64,000 nucleotides of DNA, taken from contig CM121341.1 of assembly GCA_051530055.1 (NCBI GenBank), positions 1,612,001-1,676,000 of the forward strand, written 5' to 3'. Under the pieces are notes generated by a model, which worked only from the letters and a program-made list of their open reading frames with translations, did not search any database and had not been told where the DNA came from. Source of the stretch: Neoechinorhynchus agilis. Lineage: Eukaryota; Animalia; Acanthocephala. Both the position numbers and the translations under genes were made by a program. Below, piece after piece: positions 62,608-64,000 of this stretch (its first letter is position 1; the number at the start of each line of letters is the position of its first letter).

Positions 62608-63180
62608 TCAGGCGACTTTCTCTTTTTCGTCAACGAGTCTCGGATTCTTCGTTTGTTTCTCCATTTCGGATTCCTCGAAATGAATTCTGGCCCGCTTTCG
62701 TCCAGCGAGACACGACAGTTGACGGCGACAATCATTAGACAATCCCTGCCTTTTGTCTCTGATCCGACAATAAAGTTCAAAAATATCAACTTTTTCGTGT
62801 TTAGAGCTTTCGGCGTCAATTTGGAATTTCCGATTCAACATAGCCCGTCTCTTTTCGTCCCTTACAACTTTCCTACTTGGCCTTCTTTTTGGTTTAAGTT
62901 TCGATGCTTCTTCAGCCTTGCATTTCTTAATTTTCTCGTTCATGAAGTCCGGAAACCAGAAGTAGTACTTTCCAAATTCAGAGCAACTTAAGCGTTTAAC
63001 AATTGATTCAATATTACATTTTCTTATCTCATCGAAATCCATTGGCCTTGATAAAAGTTCACTCAAATTCTGGTTGATTGACGGATGATATCGAATGGAG
63101 CGTCCGTCTCCCAGGCACTCGTTCAGCTCATCGCAGATCTGTTGAATAGTCTTCAGTTCAACCGGCATTCGTTTTACCAT
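62608..63180 (-). CDS. Unknown basic protein (TFIIS-N-like?), copy 4
   Basis: 190 aa, four residues different from the 14165 copy (H/D, K/R, D/F, I/V). Confidence 0.6.
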   Translation of the reverse strand: MVKRMPVELKTIQQICDELNECLGDGRSIRYHPSINQNLSELLSRPMDFDEIRKCNIESIVKRLSCSEFGKYYFWFPDFMNEKIKKCKAEEASKLKPKRRPSRKVVRDEKRRAMLNRKFQIDAESSKHEKVDIFELYCRIRDKRQGLSNDCRRQLSCLAGRKRARIHFEESEMEKQTKNPRLVDEKEKVA

Positions 63181-64000
63181 TATTTCAATAAAGAGGTGAT
63201 CGAAATATGAGCTTTTAGATTGAGCTGTGATGTTAAGCTCTCGAACGAACGTTGATTAGACCGTGAATTGCAATGCTTTTTATGAAACAACAAGTTTTTG
63301 TAACGGTAAACAACGCGGAAAATGGAAGATGTGGAATTTTATATGCGAATTAGAAGACAAATGTACAATGGATAGTTTAGTATCGTTGGTATACTTTAAA
63401 TTCGGTGTCGACCTTAACTGAAGTTTATATTCATTTGTACGATTGTGTTAATGAATTAAAGTTCCCAAGAATTAAAATTAAGCAATAATGATTTAATAGA
63501 CTTTATTTTATTGTCTCTAAAGTTTGTAATAGCTGAAGGAAAAATGTCCTTAAAATTAGAAATGCCGATATGTCAGATAGCGGCGAATGTGATTGGAATT
63601 ATAACGTCTTTAATTAATAATCATTTACCGGGTGTAGTAGACCTAAGCAATAATTCCTAAATTATCAACCTTTAATCGATATTTTCTATGGAAAAAAGTA
63701 ACAATCACGTTTATTATGACGACAATCTGTGGATACCAACGAATAAACGAAATATGGCGCTTCTTGGGTGCATTTTAGATAGACTGAAGAAGACCTACGC
63801 GAAGGCGGAAAATTATCGAATAAAAATAAATCAATTATTTGATAATTGGTTATAAAAAAGTATTATGAAGAGTTTGTTCCCTTCGTGCTTTTCGTTTCTT
63901 TAAGTAGCATCACGCTTTTCGTTAAAGCTTTACCGAGAAATTCGAAGGGATTTTGGTTGAAAAAATTCTATTTGTAAAAATGAGTTTCGCTTGAAATAGT

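Larger units (their letters stand above)
61178..64000. repeat. Right arm of the long inverted repeat (partner 13345-16172); continues past the window end
   Basis: Mirror sums 77345-77350 hold for SELENOW, the SECIS and the basic ORF. Confidence 0.95.

Noticed and set aside
63688-63855. 55-aa ORF MEKSNNHVYYDDNLW.. (mirror 13490-13657)
   Set aside because: No recognisable homology; its presence in both arms only reflects the recent duplication.

Overview
AT-rich, gene-compact eukaryotic (probably animal) genomic DNA with no CpG depletion and short GT-AG introns; I cannot assign a taxon. Host genes: XMAP215/ch-TOG (CKAP5), NUP205, an 8-exon PWP1, two divergent tRNA-Ala(AGC) genes, two copies of a GLD-2-like poly(A) polymerase, two copies of a 4-exon selenoprotein W gene (in-frame UGA plus SECIS, missed by the ORF track) and four copies of an unknown basic ORF weakly resembling a TFIIS-N/Elongin A domain. 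The most striking feature is a nested inverted-repeat architecture. An 8.35-kb near-perfect palindrome (22151-30502, 84-bp spacer) carries ORF-> <-GLD2 | GLD2-> <-ORF. A second, at least 2.8-kb inverted repeat (13345-16172 / 61178-64000+) carries ORF-> <-SELENOW and brackets about 45 kb. The same ~790-bp ORF cassette sits near the outer end of all four arms. The right end of the palindrome has a candidate HDV-like ribozyme. A ~12-kb array of a ~199-bp satellite fills the NUP205-PWP1 gap and ends ~35 bp from the PWP1 ATG. The rest is decayed, nested retroelements (APE-type LINEs, a CRE-like RLE element, a 5'-inverted RTE with a target-site duplication, Gypsy, Penelope). Both large inverted repeats need raw-read validation against assembly or amplification artefacts.
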